Numbered from the stretch's first letter, positions 12,572 through 25,890 are shown. The stretch: DNA of 64,000 nucleotides from Mobula hypostoma (GCF_963921235.1 NC_086107.1:109556001-109620000), one strand, 5' to 3'. A program made the numbers and translations. The notes: generated from the letters alone by a model not told the origin.

Positions 12572-14075
12572 CTCCTCACCCCTTACTGTAACCAAGCCAG
12601 AGGCCTTCTGTAGCTTTAGAGGCAACTTCAAGTGTCAATCACCCTGGATAACAATTCATTCCCCATTACAATAATCTTCGAGGCAACTTTGCGACAGTGA
12701 CCAGGAGCAGGCACTCTATATCCGGAGAAGTGAAGTTGGTCCAAAAAGGGACTACTTCTCTTGGCACAGGCCTTATCCAACGAGGGAGCAATTGATAGTA
12801 ACCATCCTACTGTCCTGTCAAGCAGAGGTGTTGGGGAACAGGTGCCATCCATTGGGTCATGTGGTTGAACAGTAGAACTCTCCACACTGCCCCAGTCATA
12901 TACCAAACCTGTTAGTGTAACCCCACCTCGACTACACAAGATCATGTGCCGAAATGAAAACAGTTAGTCTTGCCAGGGTCCTCAGCACTAGGGTGGCCAT
13001 AGAGTCACAGAGCTTGGCATCAGGCCCTTCAGCCCATCTGACCCACGCTGACCAAGATTCCCACCTCATCCATTCCCATTTGCCTGCACTTGGCCTACAT
13101 CCCTCTAAACCAGGGGCTCCCTCAACTGGGACCCATTCCACTGAGCAAAAGGTCCATGGACCCCAGACTGGGAACACCCTGCTCTCAGCCGCGTACCTGC
13201 CCAAGTTCCATTTAAAAATTGTTCATGTACCTGCCTCAGCCAGCTCGCTCCATAAACTGACCGCCTTGTGGGCGAAACAAGTTGCCTCTCAAATTCGTAT
13301 TAAATCTCCCCCCCCCCCACCCTAATCTCATGTCCTCTATTCTCGATTCCCCACCAGCCGGGGGGGGGTTTCTTGTCACTTCGATCTGTTGTGCAAAGGA
13401 AGCAGAGACCCACAGCAGCCAATGCCAATGCTTTGTGGGCCTCGTGACCTATTCCTCACTTCCTGAACATCAAGGTCTTGTAGGGTTAACATGCAAAGCC
13501 CCTTTGAGAAAGACAATAAGGTTTAAAGCAACAAGTGACCCGTAGTGTCAATTACAGTAGGACAAAGTTGACCTTGGTACATCTCTCCTCCGACCCCTAA
13601 TACCTTCCCCTAACAGTTACAAAAAAAAAAATCCCCCACCCTCTCCAGCATTCCTGGCTTCATATTCCCAGAGGAATTCCCCTGTATTCCAGCCACTCAG
13701 AAAGGAATAGGTCACTGGAGATATTCCTTATTCCCCACCCACCACCCCCACCCCCCAAACCACCACCACCATCACCCCATAGAAAGAGATGTCTGCTTGG
13801 AAACGGATTGAACCAGTCACCGGGCACGGTCTCCCAAGCAGCAAACGTGGACCCACTCAACAGAGCCACTCGCAGAGTGCCATTGCTGAGCTGGTGGGCA
13901 AGGTGAGGGAGGGTGATCTTTAGCTGTTCCACGATGGTCACTGGGTTCCAGAGGGTGGGGGGGGGAAGTGGGGTGGGGGCGTCGGCAGATGCTGTGGAGG
14001 AAGACAAAAGGAGCGGATGTCCCGAGGCTCCGGCTTGAAGCAAAGCCAACTCGCGCCAAGGGGGCAAAGTCGGGC

Positions 14076-14163
14076 TCACAGGAGGACGCATGGACAACCG
14101 TTAGATTCCCCCTTCGTGGGCTTGGGCTGTGGGCTCGGGGGGCTTTCAAGCTCCTGGAACTTC
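14076..14163 (-). CDS. RRAS: R-Ras terminal coding exon 6 (KFQELESPPSPQPKPTKGESNGCPCVLL*)
   Basis: cccacag acceptor; Pro-rich hypervariable region; C-terminal GCPCVLL as in mammalian R-Ras; TGA at 14076-14078. Confidence 0.95.
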
Positions 14164-15156
14164 CTGTGGGAAGAAATTTTAAAAAAAGATCAAAGCTATA
14201 CAACGTTAGCATTTATTTTGAGAGGTGTAAAATATAAAAGCAAGCATATAAAGCGTTGATTACATCACGCTCAGAGTATCTTGGCCAGATTTGGGCATCA
14301 CATCTGAGAAAGGATGTGTTGGCCCCTTGGAGGTTCACGAGAATGATCCCAGGAATGAAAGGGTTAACATATGAGGTGCATTTGATGGCTCTGGGCCTGT
14401 ACTTGCTGGAATTTAGAAGAATGGCGGGGGTGGGGGGGATCTACTAAATATTGAAAGCCCTGGGTCGGGGGTTCCCAACGTTTTTTTATGACATGCACCC
14501 CTACCATGTCTTCTCCAGAGAGCCATAAAATACAGAAAACCATGAGCAGTTGAGAGATATCCACTCTACCTTCCCCTCCACCACATAAAAAAAACAAACT
14601 CCCAAACCCCCCCAACCCTTCCCTCACACAAAAACCAACAGATTACCCAAACTTTCAGCCTGCCAATCAGCATCAGGAAAAGAATGGGGGAAGAACATGA
14701 AAATCAACATAGAACTTTAGAGGCCACTATGTACTACAGTCCAATCCATAAATCTCAGAATTTCAACGACACCCCCAAGAGCATCAGGATCTATCAGACC
14801 CCTCACCACCGAGAGCATCAGGACCCAGCGGCCCCTCCAAGGCCTCAAGGCACCGAGTTATGCGCGAGGCCGAACAGGGTGCAACTCTGCTCATTGCTGC
14901 AGAGGAGAATGAGGAGGCAATGTTATAGAGGGGTGTAAAATCATGAGGGGCGTAGATAGGGTCAACGCACACACAGTATTCCACCCCCCACCATCCCCCC
15001 CAGAGTTGACGAAGCAAGAACTGGAGGGGATTGGATCAATGTGAGAGAGGAGAGAGCTAAAAGCATCTGGATGGAGGGGCCAACCTTCTCTCCCAGGTGG
15101 TGGTCAGTATATGGCAAGAACTTCCAGAGGAAGTGGTTGAGCAGGGTACATTAACA

Positions 15157-15939
15157 CGGGGGTCCCCAACCTTTTTTGCACTGCGGACCGGTTTAATATT
15201 GACAATATTCTTGCCGACCAGCCGACTGGGTGGGGGGGGGGGAGCGGGGGTGTTCAAGTAGGGTTATACTCACCTCAACATGTCTTTTACAGTTAGGGTT
15301 GCCAACTTCCTCACTCCCAAATAAGGGACAAAAGTAGCAGTCAAATCCCGGGACACTTTACCTCAGGAAAGACTACCATGACCATGAGCCTTGTGCGGGC
15401 ACCTGTGTGCGCTTGTGTGACGTGCACATATATGTGACGTGCACTTGCACATACGTGCCGATTTTTTTTCCCACAAATTGGTTTTGACTTAATCTTCCCG
15501 ACTACACTGTACATACATTATTTCTACTTTATATAGGTTGTGTACTTGTCATATCTGCTTTTACTATATGTTAGTGTTATTTTCAGTTTTATGTGTTATT
15601 TGGTATGATTTGGTAGGTTATTTTTTGGATCTGGGAACACCCAAAAATTTTTCCCATATAAATTAATGGTAATTGCTTCCTCGTTTTACGTCATTTCGGC
15701 ACGAAAGGTTTCATAGGAACGCTCTACCTTAGCGGGGGAAATACGGGACAAGGGCGGTCCCGTATGGAACAGACCAATTTAGCCCAATGTACGGGATGTC
15801 CCGGCAAATACGGGACAGTTGGCAACCCTATGTTCAAGTTCAACAGTGCGTGAGAGGGAATGAGGAAATGTGCAGCTGACTCACATCGTTTCCTCGCGGC
15901 CCGGTAGCACACGCTTTGCGGCCCTGTGGTTGGGGACTG
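15157..15939. mobile_element. hAT (Charlie-like) MITE hosting a nested hAT element
   Basis: 8-bp TSD cattaaca at 15149-15156 and 15940-15947; uninterrupted relative at 22246-22470. Confidence 0.85.
15259..15830. mobile_element. Nested hAT non-autonomous element with TAGGGTT termini and mosaic interior
   Basis: Perfect 8-bp TSD tgttcaag at 15251-15258 and 15831-15838; tagggttgccaact (at ~15294) / agttggcaacccta. Confidence 0.85.
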
Positions 15940-16195
15940 CATTAACACATACAAATGGTAATTGGACAGGTACGTGGATAGAAAAGGATGGAATGTGGGC
16001 AAAAAGCAGGCAAATGGGACTACCTCAGATGGAAACCTTGATCATCATGGGCCGGTTATAGGCCAACAGGCCCACTTCTGTAATGTGTGACCCTTATGGG
16101 CCTAATTGGATCATTTCTCCTTCTGCAACTAACCCACCCTCCCCCGGCACCCAGTAACGTACTGAGACTCACCGTGGAGTGGTTAAAGAGCTTAC

Positions 16196-16314
16196 CGTAT
16201 CGCTCGCACGAGATTGTGGAATGCGTTATCTACGTTCAACCGTATTTTGGCAGAGGCCTCCAGATAGGTTACTTTGAGTTGCCGGGCCAGACTGTCAGAT
16301 TCTTCTTTTGTCAC
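16196..16314 (-). CDS. RRAS: R-Ras coding exon 5 ([41 protein letters not shown]5 SAK)
   Basis: EASAK motif; ttttgcag acceptor, gtaagc donor; 119 bp. Confidence 0.95.
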
Positions 16315-16406
16315 CTGCAAAACCAGCAGTTACTTATCGACTTGATACGTGTCCCCACCTCCTCCCCCCCACCCCCATCAGATCTGCTCGCCCGGGCAAG
16401 ACCAAC

Positions 16407-16515
16407 CTGTCGCTGGTGTTCGAGGTCAGCCTTGTTGCCAATGAGGATCATGGGAAACTCGTCCCTGTCTTTCACGCGCAAAATCTGCCGGTGGAACTTG
16501 CTGATCTCGTCAAAG
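16407..16515 (-). CDS. RRAS: R-Ras coding exon 4 ([37 protein letters not shown]4 NKxD)
   Basis: NKAD motif; ttctgcag acceptor, gttggt donor; 109 bp; phases fit the neighbouring exons. Confidence 0.94.
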
Positions 16516-18049
16516 CTGCAGAAGAAACGGGGGGCAAGGTTTTGATTTGGGATTTGCAACCTGACGGAAGCACAGTGAGGCCCAGAGGTTGTGCGGGAAC
16601 GAAGAACGTAACAACTCAGTACAAGCCTTGTCCGCACACCATGCTGTGCCAAACTTTTAACCCACTCTAAACTCAATCTGAACCTTCGCTCCCACATAGC
16701 CCTCCATTTTTCTATCATTCACATGTCTGTCTAGGAGTCTCTTAAATGTCTCTAATGTATCTGCCTTGTTTCTATCCCTCAACCATCAGGCTCTTGAACA
16801 AAAGAGGATAATTACACTCATCTATTGAGATACTCCCACAACCGATGGTCTCACTTTGAGGACTCTGTCTTGTTATTTCATGGTCTCGTTATTTATCTAT
16901 AGTTGCATTTCAGCAGTTTGGTGTCTTCTATGGTCTTGCTCTTTCACTGATCCTGTTTAGTTACTACTCTTTGCTAAGTATGCCCACAGGAAAAAATCTC
17001 AGGGGTGTATGCAGGGACAATTTTACTTTCAACTTTGGAGGAGGTCCAAGGATTTCCATAGCCCATGTGGACAGGGGATTCTACAGACAACAGGGAGGCT
17101 GTCCAAGATATGTTAATGGGGAGTGGAGTCTCAGAGAGACACTGGAAATTAGTGGGGAGGTATTTCTCGCTAGCTTTCTCTCCTCTAGTCCAAATGCTCC
17201 TCTCTTGTCTCATAGTGCTAATGCACCCAAGGAGGGAATTTGAAACCCCACATATTAGTCAAAGCTCTTGTGGAGGAAGCTCTGATGATGGCTGAACTGG
17301 TAAGCCAATGGGGAAAGTGAATCCAATCCTGTTCTCTCTCCCCAAATTCTGAAGTCCAACACAAAACTGTTGATGACTAGGTGGCATTTGGAGATTCCCC
17401 TGGTGTTCCCGGGAATGCAAGACCGACCTTCAAGGATTCAATCTGACTAGCATCCAGTGGGATTCCAGCTTTCTCTTTGCGTTGCCTTGGAAACAAAGGG
17501 ACCTGACTGTAAGAAAGTGGGGATGGGACAGACATCTGTCTGAGGTCACACTAAATCCTTCTGGAACGAGGTCAATTAGACCTGGGAATCCCAACGGGAA
17601 GCTTGGGTTGAATCCAGAGAGGCACATTGCAGGAGGGAGGATATTCAGCCCATCTTGGTCACACTGGCCCCTTGTCTATCCCATATCCATAAAAATCAGT
17701 CAAGCCATTCACAGGAATGGATTCATGTGCCCGTGTAGGATTTTTATTTTAATATTATACTTCGCTTATTCTCATTTTCATTAATTGGGTACTCTTAATC
17801 TGGAGATGGTCAGTAATCTGTTTAATATTGATTGAGGTATTGTATAGAAGAACATCTCTTTAGAGCAGAGATGAGGAGGAGTTCCTTTTGCCAGAGAGTG
17901 GTGAATCTGTGGAATTCATTGCCATGGGTGGCTGTGAAGGCCAAGTCGCTGGGCATATTTAAAGTGGAGGATGATAGGTTTCTGATCGGTAAGGGTGTCA
18001 AAGGTTACAGAGGGTTTGAGAGGGATAATAAATCAGGCATGATTGAAAG

Positions 18050-18241
18050 GTGGAGAAAACTCGATGGGCTGAATGGCCTAATTGCTCCTATGTCTTATGG
18101 ACTTACAAAGGAGTTGTCAAGCAGACACGATGGGCTGAATGGCCTAAATCAGCTCCTGTGTTTTATGGTCTTATAAAGGAATGGCAGAGCAGACTCGATG
18201 GATTAAATGGTTTTATTCTGCTCCCATATTTTATGGTCTTG
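18050..18241 (+). repeat. Three tandem ~65-bp copies of a CR1 3' terminal segment
   Basis: gatgggctgaatggccta...gctcc...ttatggtctt occurs three times. Confidence 0.75.
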
Positions 18242-18429
18242 TGGCCTGACAGCAGCAGTACCCAAAAGGCCACAGGTCAAAGGGCAGCAAAGTGGACACC
18301 AAATGGATCTATTGACTGGGCTTCCCCCTCCTCTGTGGAACAGGGCACACAACCACCAAGTCACCAGGGGGGAAAACAGACTTTTCTGCACAGAAACACC
18401 ACTGGAATAAGAAAGGCAGAAGATCTTAC

Positions 18430-18532
18430 CTTCCCCGATCGTTGATGGCAAAGACGAGAAGGAAACCCTCGCCTGACCTCATGTACTGTTCCCTCATCGC
18501 ACCAAATTCCTCTTGGCCAGCAGTGTCCAGAA
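18430..18532 (-). CDS. RRAS: R-Ras coding exon 3 ([36 protein letters not shown]3 box/switch II)
   Basis: Translated by hand (not in the ORF track); DTAGQEE motif; cttctcag acceptor, gtaaga donor; 103 bp; FAIND is R-Ras-type. Confidence 0.95.
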
Positions 18533-18784
18533 CTGAGAAGAAAGGTTTCGAAGAGAATGGGGAGAAAGCCTGGGTCAGTGTTGGAGATAGGCATTGTCGA
18601 CAAGGTCAACACATAACGTCTGTCCCAAGAAGATGCTGACAAGGCACCTTCTGGGGCAACTAAATACGAATCAGTAGATCACCAGGCCCCTTCAGAGGGC
18701 AGACACAGGGCGGTGCAGTGGATGGTTTGCTGCTCAATCCATGTTATTGTTTTTTTTTATTCCCAATCCTGTGATAATTTTCTG

Positions 18785-20165
18785 AGAAACTGCATATATT
18801 TCAATGCAAGGAGCATTGTAGGGAAAACCAATGAACTTAGAGCATGGATCAGCATGTGGAATTATGACATTGTAGCCATTAGTGAGACCTGGTTGTAGCA
18901 GGGGCAGGATTCCAGGGTTCCGTTATTTAGGACGTGATAGAGTGGGAGGGATTAAAGGAAAAGGATTGGCATTACCAGTCAGGATTAGCAGTGACCCAGT
19001 CAGGATATACTAGAGAGCTCATCTAGTGAGGCTTCATTAGCAGAAGTGAGGAATAAGTAAGGTATAACCACATTAATGGGATTATATTTTAGAGCACCCA
19101 ACAGTCCAAGAAGCAAATTAATAGAGATCACAGATTGGTGCAAGAAACATGTGGTATGATAGTAGGTGATTTTAACTTTCCACATATTGACTGGGACTCC
19201 CATACCGTAAAAGGCTGGATGGGAAAGAGTTTGTCAAATGTGATCAGGAAAGTTCCCTGAATCAAAACATAGAGGTCCCAACTAGACAGAATGTGATACT
19301 AGATCTCCTGTAGGGAATGAGACAGGGCAGGTGACAGAAGTTTGCGTAGGGGAACAATTTGCATCCAGTGATCATAGTGCATAACAGGTATAAGCAGTCA
19401 GGAAGAAATGAGGTTCTTAATGAGTGTAAGAAATGCAAGAGAAAACTCAAGGAAGTCAGGAGGGCTTAAAAAAGACATGAGGTTTCTCCAGCAGACAAGG
19501 TGAAGGAGAATTCTAATGGCTTCTACAGATATATTAAGAGCAAAAGCAGTAGAACAGAGGGATCTGGGAACATAGGTTCATAATTCCTTGAAAGCGGCGC
19601 TACAGGTTGTTGGGGTTGTCAAGAAAGCTTTTGGCAATTGGCTTTCATAAATTAATGTATTGAGTACAGAAATTGGGATGCTATGTTGAAGTTGTATACT
19701 GTTTGGTGAGGCCTACTTTGGAATATTGTGTCTAGTTTTGGTCACCAGCCTACAAATGTAAATAAGACAAAGAGTGCAAAGAAAATTTCCAAGTTGGGAC
19801 TTGAGGACCTGAGTTATAAAGAAAGATTCAATGGGTTAGAACTTTATTCCCTGGAACATAAAAGACTGAGAAGAGATTTGATATAATTTTGTATACTTCT
19901 GATAGAGTAAATGCAAGCAGGCTTTTTCCACTGAGGTTGGGTGAGACCAGAACTAGAGGTCATAGTTTAAGGGGGAAAGGTGAAAAGTTTAAGGGAGACA
20001 AGAGGGGGAATTTCTTCACTCATGGTGGTGAGAGTGTGGAACAAGCTGCCAGCACAAATAGTGAATGCAGGACCTAATTCAATATTTAAGAGAAATTTGG
20101 ATAGGTTTAGGTCAATGGGATGAGACAGATTAATGGTCAGCACAGACTAGACGGGCTGAAGGGCC
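18785..20165 (+). mobile_element. Degenerate, internally deleted CR1 LINE (APE endonuclease and RT remnants)
   Basis: CIYFNARSIVGK...YDIVAISETWL; CR1 3' end. Confidence 0.85.
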
Positions 20166-20703
20166 AGGGGACCAGGAAGGGATCGGAAGTGAAGGGGAGG
20201 GTCACTGTTGGATCCGGATGTTCCTGCGATCCAGAGGGCCTTCAGAAATTAAGAATCAGGCATAAAACTTGCTGCTGACAATCATTTTATCAAGCTTTAC
20301 AAGAGCCAAAACAGGAGGGAAGAAACTTGAAACCAGGGTATGAGGAACGAGGAAAAAAGTAGTAGTGTGGTCTTCTTGCACAAGACTACTGATAACATAA
20401 AATTCCATTGAAATTCCAACAGATAACAGTCAACCTATCAAATAGCCAGATTTGTGTAATGCGACACTCACCACAGAAACCAAAAAAACTTTCCAGAGAA
20501 ATAGAGACAACTGTAACCACTGAAAACTCAACAAAAAACCGCACAGATCCAGGTGATTGTATAGAAATACAAACAAGCACGAGGAAGTTAAACTACAAGA
20601 AAAATAATGATTCTGTACCACAACCCAACAGCCACCAAATCCTTGGGCAGTTCAGCTGATTGCATTCTTGACTGAGAAAGCAAAACACAGCCCAGCACCC
20701 AAG

Positions 20704-20807
20704 CAACACAGACAAAACGCTGGAGGAACTCAGCAGGCCAGGCAGCATCTATGGAGAGGAGGAAAAAAAGGTACAGTCGACATTTCGGGCCGAGACCCTT
20801 CGGCAGG
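20704..20807 (-). mobile_element. ~105-bp Penelope LTR fragment with hammerhead-like motif
   Basis: TSD acccaag at 20697-20703 and 20808-20814. Confidence 0.7.
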
Positions 20808-21710
20808 ACCCAAGTACTGGGGGAAAGCAACACTGCCCACCAACCCAACTACAACCTGTGCTGTGTCACAGGAGGCTCAACCACACAGAGGTCCATCACT
20901 GACACATCCAGGTAGGCACTGCATTCAGCATTCGGACAGTAATTAGGCAGGTGGGCATCTGTACTCAGGTAACAGAGGAGCCTGCTGACAGCCACATTCT
21001 AGGCCGCAGGAGTACGTGCTGAGGGACGAACTCTGCTATTCAGCCGACTCTGATTCTGTAGTTGTAGTTAGTTAGGAGGAAATAGTGCACAGGAATAGGT
21101 CCTTCAGACGACTGAGCTCATGTCAATCACATACCCATTTATACTAATACTATCCAACCCATTTTATCATAAAGATTAGCTTTATTTGACACGTGCATCT
21201 GAGCATACAGTGGAATGCATCAACGACCAACACAATCTGGAAGTGTGCTGGGGGCAGCCCGCAAGGCGCCAACACAGCATGCCCACAAATAACTAACCCT
21301 CAGCAGTACGTTGGAACGTGGGAGGAATCGCACGCACAGAGAGAGAGAGAGAGATAGAAATCATACAAACGTATTGCACTGTGCAGAGGTCTTTATATAT
21401 AGCGAGGGCACCCAAGACTTTTGCACAGAACTGTATTTGTCAGCATGGAGCAGAGAGCGAGATTGTAAATCCAGCGGGAGCAAAATTTGGGAATAGCAAG
21501 GCTGGAGTGCCGCGGAGGAGTGGGGAGGGGATGTGGGACAGGTGGCAGTGAGGGAGTGTCCGGGGGGGGGGGGGGGATGGCACGAGTGCAGACACACCCA
21601 GCTCTGAGACACCAGGCAAGGTCATTTGATTCCAAACAATCGGTTTAATGATCATTACAGAATGTCTCTCTGGTGCTTCCCTCACCCCTACCCTCTTCCC
21701 AACCATGATT

Positions 21711-23807
21711 CAATTCAAGAGGGCTAAAAGAAGTTGCTCTAGCAGACACGAAGGAGAATTGTGAAGGATTTTTAAGGGCAAAAGAATTGCAAGGGCCAAA
21801 ACTGGTCCTCTGGAAGACCAGATTGGTAATCCATGTGAGGAGCCAACCCAGATGGGGGAGATCTCAAATAAATCTTTTGCATCTATGTTTACTCAGTAAA
21901 CGGTCACAGAGTCGATAGAAGTGAAGCAAAGAGGCATTAACTTCATGGACCCTGTACAGGTTACAGAGAAGGAGGTGTATGTTGTCCTGAGGCAAATCAG
22001 TGTGGATACATCCCCAGGGCCTGACAAGGTCTTCCCTCGGACCCTACAGGAGGCAAGTGCAGTAATTGCCGGGGCCCTAGCAGAGATATTTAAATCGTCC
22101 TTAGCGACGGAGAGGGGTACCAGAGGATTGGAGGTTGGCCATATTGTTCCAATGTTCAAAAAAGGCTCTAAACATAAACCAGAAAATTTTAAGGCCGGTG
22201 AGTCTAACGCAAGTTGTGGTAAAGTTATTGAAAGGTATTCTAAGGCAGGGGTTCCTAACCCTTTTTTGCACCGCGGACCAGTTTAATATGGACAATATTC
22301 TTGCGGACTGGCCGACCCGGGTGGGGCGGGGGGGGGGGTCAAGTTCAACAGTCCGTGACAGAGAATGAGGAAAGGTGCAGCTGACTCATATCATTTCATA
22401 TCGCCAAATCATATCGCTTCCTCACGGTCTGGTAACACATGCTTTGCGGCCCGGTGTTTGGGAACCACTGATCTAAGGGACCGGATATACAAGTATTTGT
22501 CAGATTTGTCTGATTAAGATTTGTCAGCATGGCTTCGTGCATGATAGGTCACGTCTAACCAATCTTATACAGTTTTTCGAGGAAGTTACCAGGAAAGTGG
22601 ATGAAGGCAAGGCGGTGGATGTTGCCCACATGGACTTTTAGCAAGGTATTTGACAATGTCCCACATGGAGGTTGGTCAAAAAGATCTAGTCGCTCGGCAT
22701 TCAAGACGAGGTGGTAGATTGGATTAGGCATCAGCTTTGAGGGAGAAGCCAGAGTTGACGTAGAGGTTGCCTCGCTGACTGGAGGCCTGTGACTAGTGAT
22801 GGGCCACAGGGATCGGTGCTGGGTCCTTTGTTATTTGTCATCTATATCAATGATCTGGATGATAATGTGGTTAACTGGGTAGGCAAATTAGCGAATGACG
22901 CCAAGATTGGGGGTGTAGTGGACAGTGAGGAAGGCCATCGTGGCCTGCAGAGGGATCCACGTCAGCTGGAAAAATGGGCTAAAAAATGGCAGATGGAATT
23001 TAATGCAGGCAAGTGCAAGGTGTTACACTTTGGTATGCCCAAACAGGATAGGTCTTACACAGTGAACGGCAAGGCACTGAGGAGTGTGGTAGAACAAAGG
23101 GATCTGTGAGTACAGGTCCACTATTCACTGTAAGTGGCATCACAGGTAAATAGGATTGTAAAAAAAGCTTTTGGCACGTTGGCCTTCATTAATCAAGGTA
23201 TTGAGTAAAGGGGTTGGGATGTTATTTAGAAGCTGTATGAGACATTGGTGAGGCCCAGTTTGGAGTACTGTGTGCAGATTTGGTCATCTACCTACGGGAG
23301 AGATGTAAACAAGCTTGAAAGAGTACAGAGAAAATTTACAAGGATGTTGCCGGGGTCTGGAGGACCTGAGTTATAAGGAAGGATTGAATAGGTTAGGACT
23401 GTATTCCTCAGAATGTAGAAGGCTGAGAGGGAGATCTGATAGAGGTATAAAAAAAAATTGAGGGGTATAGATAGGGTAAATACAAGCAGGCTTTTTTCCA
23501 CTGAGGTTGGGTGGGACTACAACTAGAGGTCATGGGTCAAGGGTGAAAGGTGAAAAGTATAAGGGGGAACACGAGGAGAAACTTCTTCACTCAGAGGGTG
23601 GTGAGAGTGTGGAACGAGCTGCCAGTGCAGGTGGTGCGTGTCAGCTCGATTTCAACACGCAAGAGAACTTTGGTTTGGTACATGGATGGTAGGGCTATGG
23701 GGGGCTGTGGTCCCAGTGCAGGTCGATGGGAGTAGGCAGCTTAAATGATTCGGCATGGACTAGATGGGCCAAATGATCTATTTCTGTGCCGTACTTCTGT
23801 ACGACTC
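21711..23807 (+). mobile_element. CR1 LINE RT region and 3' end, inserted into a Tc1-TIR MITE (halves ~21375-21710 and ~23808-23990)
   Basis: ORFs SPGPDKVFPRTL and PQGSVLGPLLFVIYINDLD; host halves rejoin at tgattc. Confidence 0.9.
22246..22470. mobile_element. hAT (Charlie-like) MITE inside CR1
   Basis: caggggttcc / ggaaccactg termini; TSD ttctaagg / atctaagg. Confidence 0.85.
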
Positions 23808-24639
23808 TGATTCCCCTCTCCCTGCCCCCTTCCCACTCTCAGTCCACAACAGAGACCCATATCAGAATCAGGTTATCATCACTCACATATGTCATGAAAT
23901 TTGTTTTTTTTTGCGGCAGCAGTACAGTGCAATACATAAAATCACTACTGTACTGGGCAAAAGTCTTGGGCTCCCCAGCTATAAATAAGTGCCTGTGTAT
24001 TACAGACATTGGTGGGAACTCGTCTTCCGATCACTAACAGTACAAAACGTTACACTAACTGCTGCGCTCCCACATCCTTCCCAGATTCCCAGCAGCGCCA
24101 GAGGGTTAACCCCCCCGACAATCCTCGCGCCGTTGAGATGTGGGAGGAGACCCGCGTAGGGAGTGCACAGGCCCGTGACGCACCCACCAGCAACAGCCCT
24201 CACTCAACGCTGCTGTTTAGTGCGCTGACAACCACTGCTATCGCCTGAGGGACGGTAACGGGCTAAAACTGCCTCTTGGCCGTCGGCTACAGCTCAAACG
24301 CAACGTCATTGACCGCAAAGAGCCGGGGGGCATCGCGAGGGAACGCAAACGCCTCACAGAACGGCGAAGATAAACCATTCTGTGCTTTTGTGATAGACAG
24401 AGGGGAAAAAATCCGGTCTGCAGCACATTAAAGTAACTTTTGCTAGCACAGACAAGTTTCAGACGTGGTCTCCATGGTTACAGCTAAGGAAGTTACCCCA
24501 CGCTGACAGAATTAAAATTCCTTCATGGTGAAGATATGCACAGCGCAAGGAGGGAGCCGGAAAAACAGAATCTTTCTTGATGAGTAATAAGACTATTACT
24601 CACTCAGAGGGGCTTGGAAACCAGACCGAGCTCACTGCC

Positions 24640-24905
24640 ACACACGCACACACACACACACACACCCCCATATACACACACGCATGCACCCCTACACACA
24701 CACGCACACCTACTCCTATTACACACGCAGACGCACACCCACCCCTACACATGCACGCACCCCCTCGTAAACACAGACACATGCACATACACCACCCTTT
24801 TTACACAGACTCACACATGGACACACAGAACAAAATGCACATCAATACCCCCTCAATTACACGCTTGGACAGAACTACAGACACCCAATTCCACCACACA
24901 CACAC
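24640..24905. repeat. Degenerate (CA)-rich low-complexity tract
   Basis: Directly visible. Confidence 0.85.
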
Positions 24906-25889
24906 CCCTCCCTCCTCCACTCCAGTCTCCCCAACTTTTTAAATTAAGAGTGCCCAACACTAAATCCAGAAGGGAGAGGTTTCGAATCCCTACCAAACCC
25001 AGTCTGCTAAAAATTCTCTCTACTAAAAATCACAATGATTCCCCAAAGCGCTGTCGCCCTCTCCGGTAACTGACAACTCCAACCCAGGGCCTGGTCTCCA
25101 CGGCTCAGGAACATTCAGGAGCCTGAGCCATGAGGTCATTCACCACAGCTCACCCACACAGGCAGCACGTTCCATGTTAGAACACGAAATCAGAACGGCA
25201 GGCTGCCCGTGTTTCACTTAATCATTCGCAGGCAGGCTCTCACACAGCTTCACAGCCCTCCTCTCTTTTATAAATTAGTGCCTGATTTACAGCTGGACGC
25301 ACCCCATCTGAATACAAATACTGCGCACACGTACACACCCACACACTCGCATCGTCTCCCCCAGCATTGCTCGACGCAGCATCAGAAATAGCAATTAACC
25401 AAGTGTGCCCTGAAATTTATTTTAGAGAGGCAGCTTGGAGCAAGCCTCTCCTGCCCTTTGAGCTACATCGGCCATTATTGTGCTTTTCCGCACCTTGCGC
25501 CACATCGGGGGGCATTTTTTGCTGTTTTCTTAGTAGTTGTCTGGTTTTTTCGACACTCAATCCAGCACGGGCAGAAAGCGTGCAAGGAGCTGCCCAGATT
25601 TGAACCCGGGACCATTCGCCTCACAGTCTGGTGCTGATGCCACTACACCACCGACCGGCCCAAGTTGCCCAGCAACCCCCAGCTTCACCCTAACCTAACC
25701 ACGGGACAATTTTACAATGATCAATTAACCTAACCAGTAGGTCTGAGAGAGGAAACAAGAGTAACCAAAGAAACCCCACACATTCCACAGGGAGGACGTA
25801 CAAATTCCATACGGAGGGCGCGAGAATTAAACAATGAACTTCCACACCCCAAGCTGTAATAACGTCACGCTGACTGCTACACTCCTTAT

Positions 25890-25890
<1 letters not shown>

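Larger units (their letters stand above)
10010..14075 (-). other. RRAS: Putative ~4 kb RRAS 3'UTR
   Basis: Mostly unique, repeat-poor block running from the stop codon to an AATAAA with a GU-rich downstream element. Confidence 0.55.

Noticed and set aside
24577..25069. His/Thr-rich ORFs
   Set aside because: Translation of a (CA)-rich microsatellite
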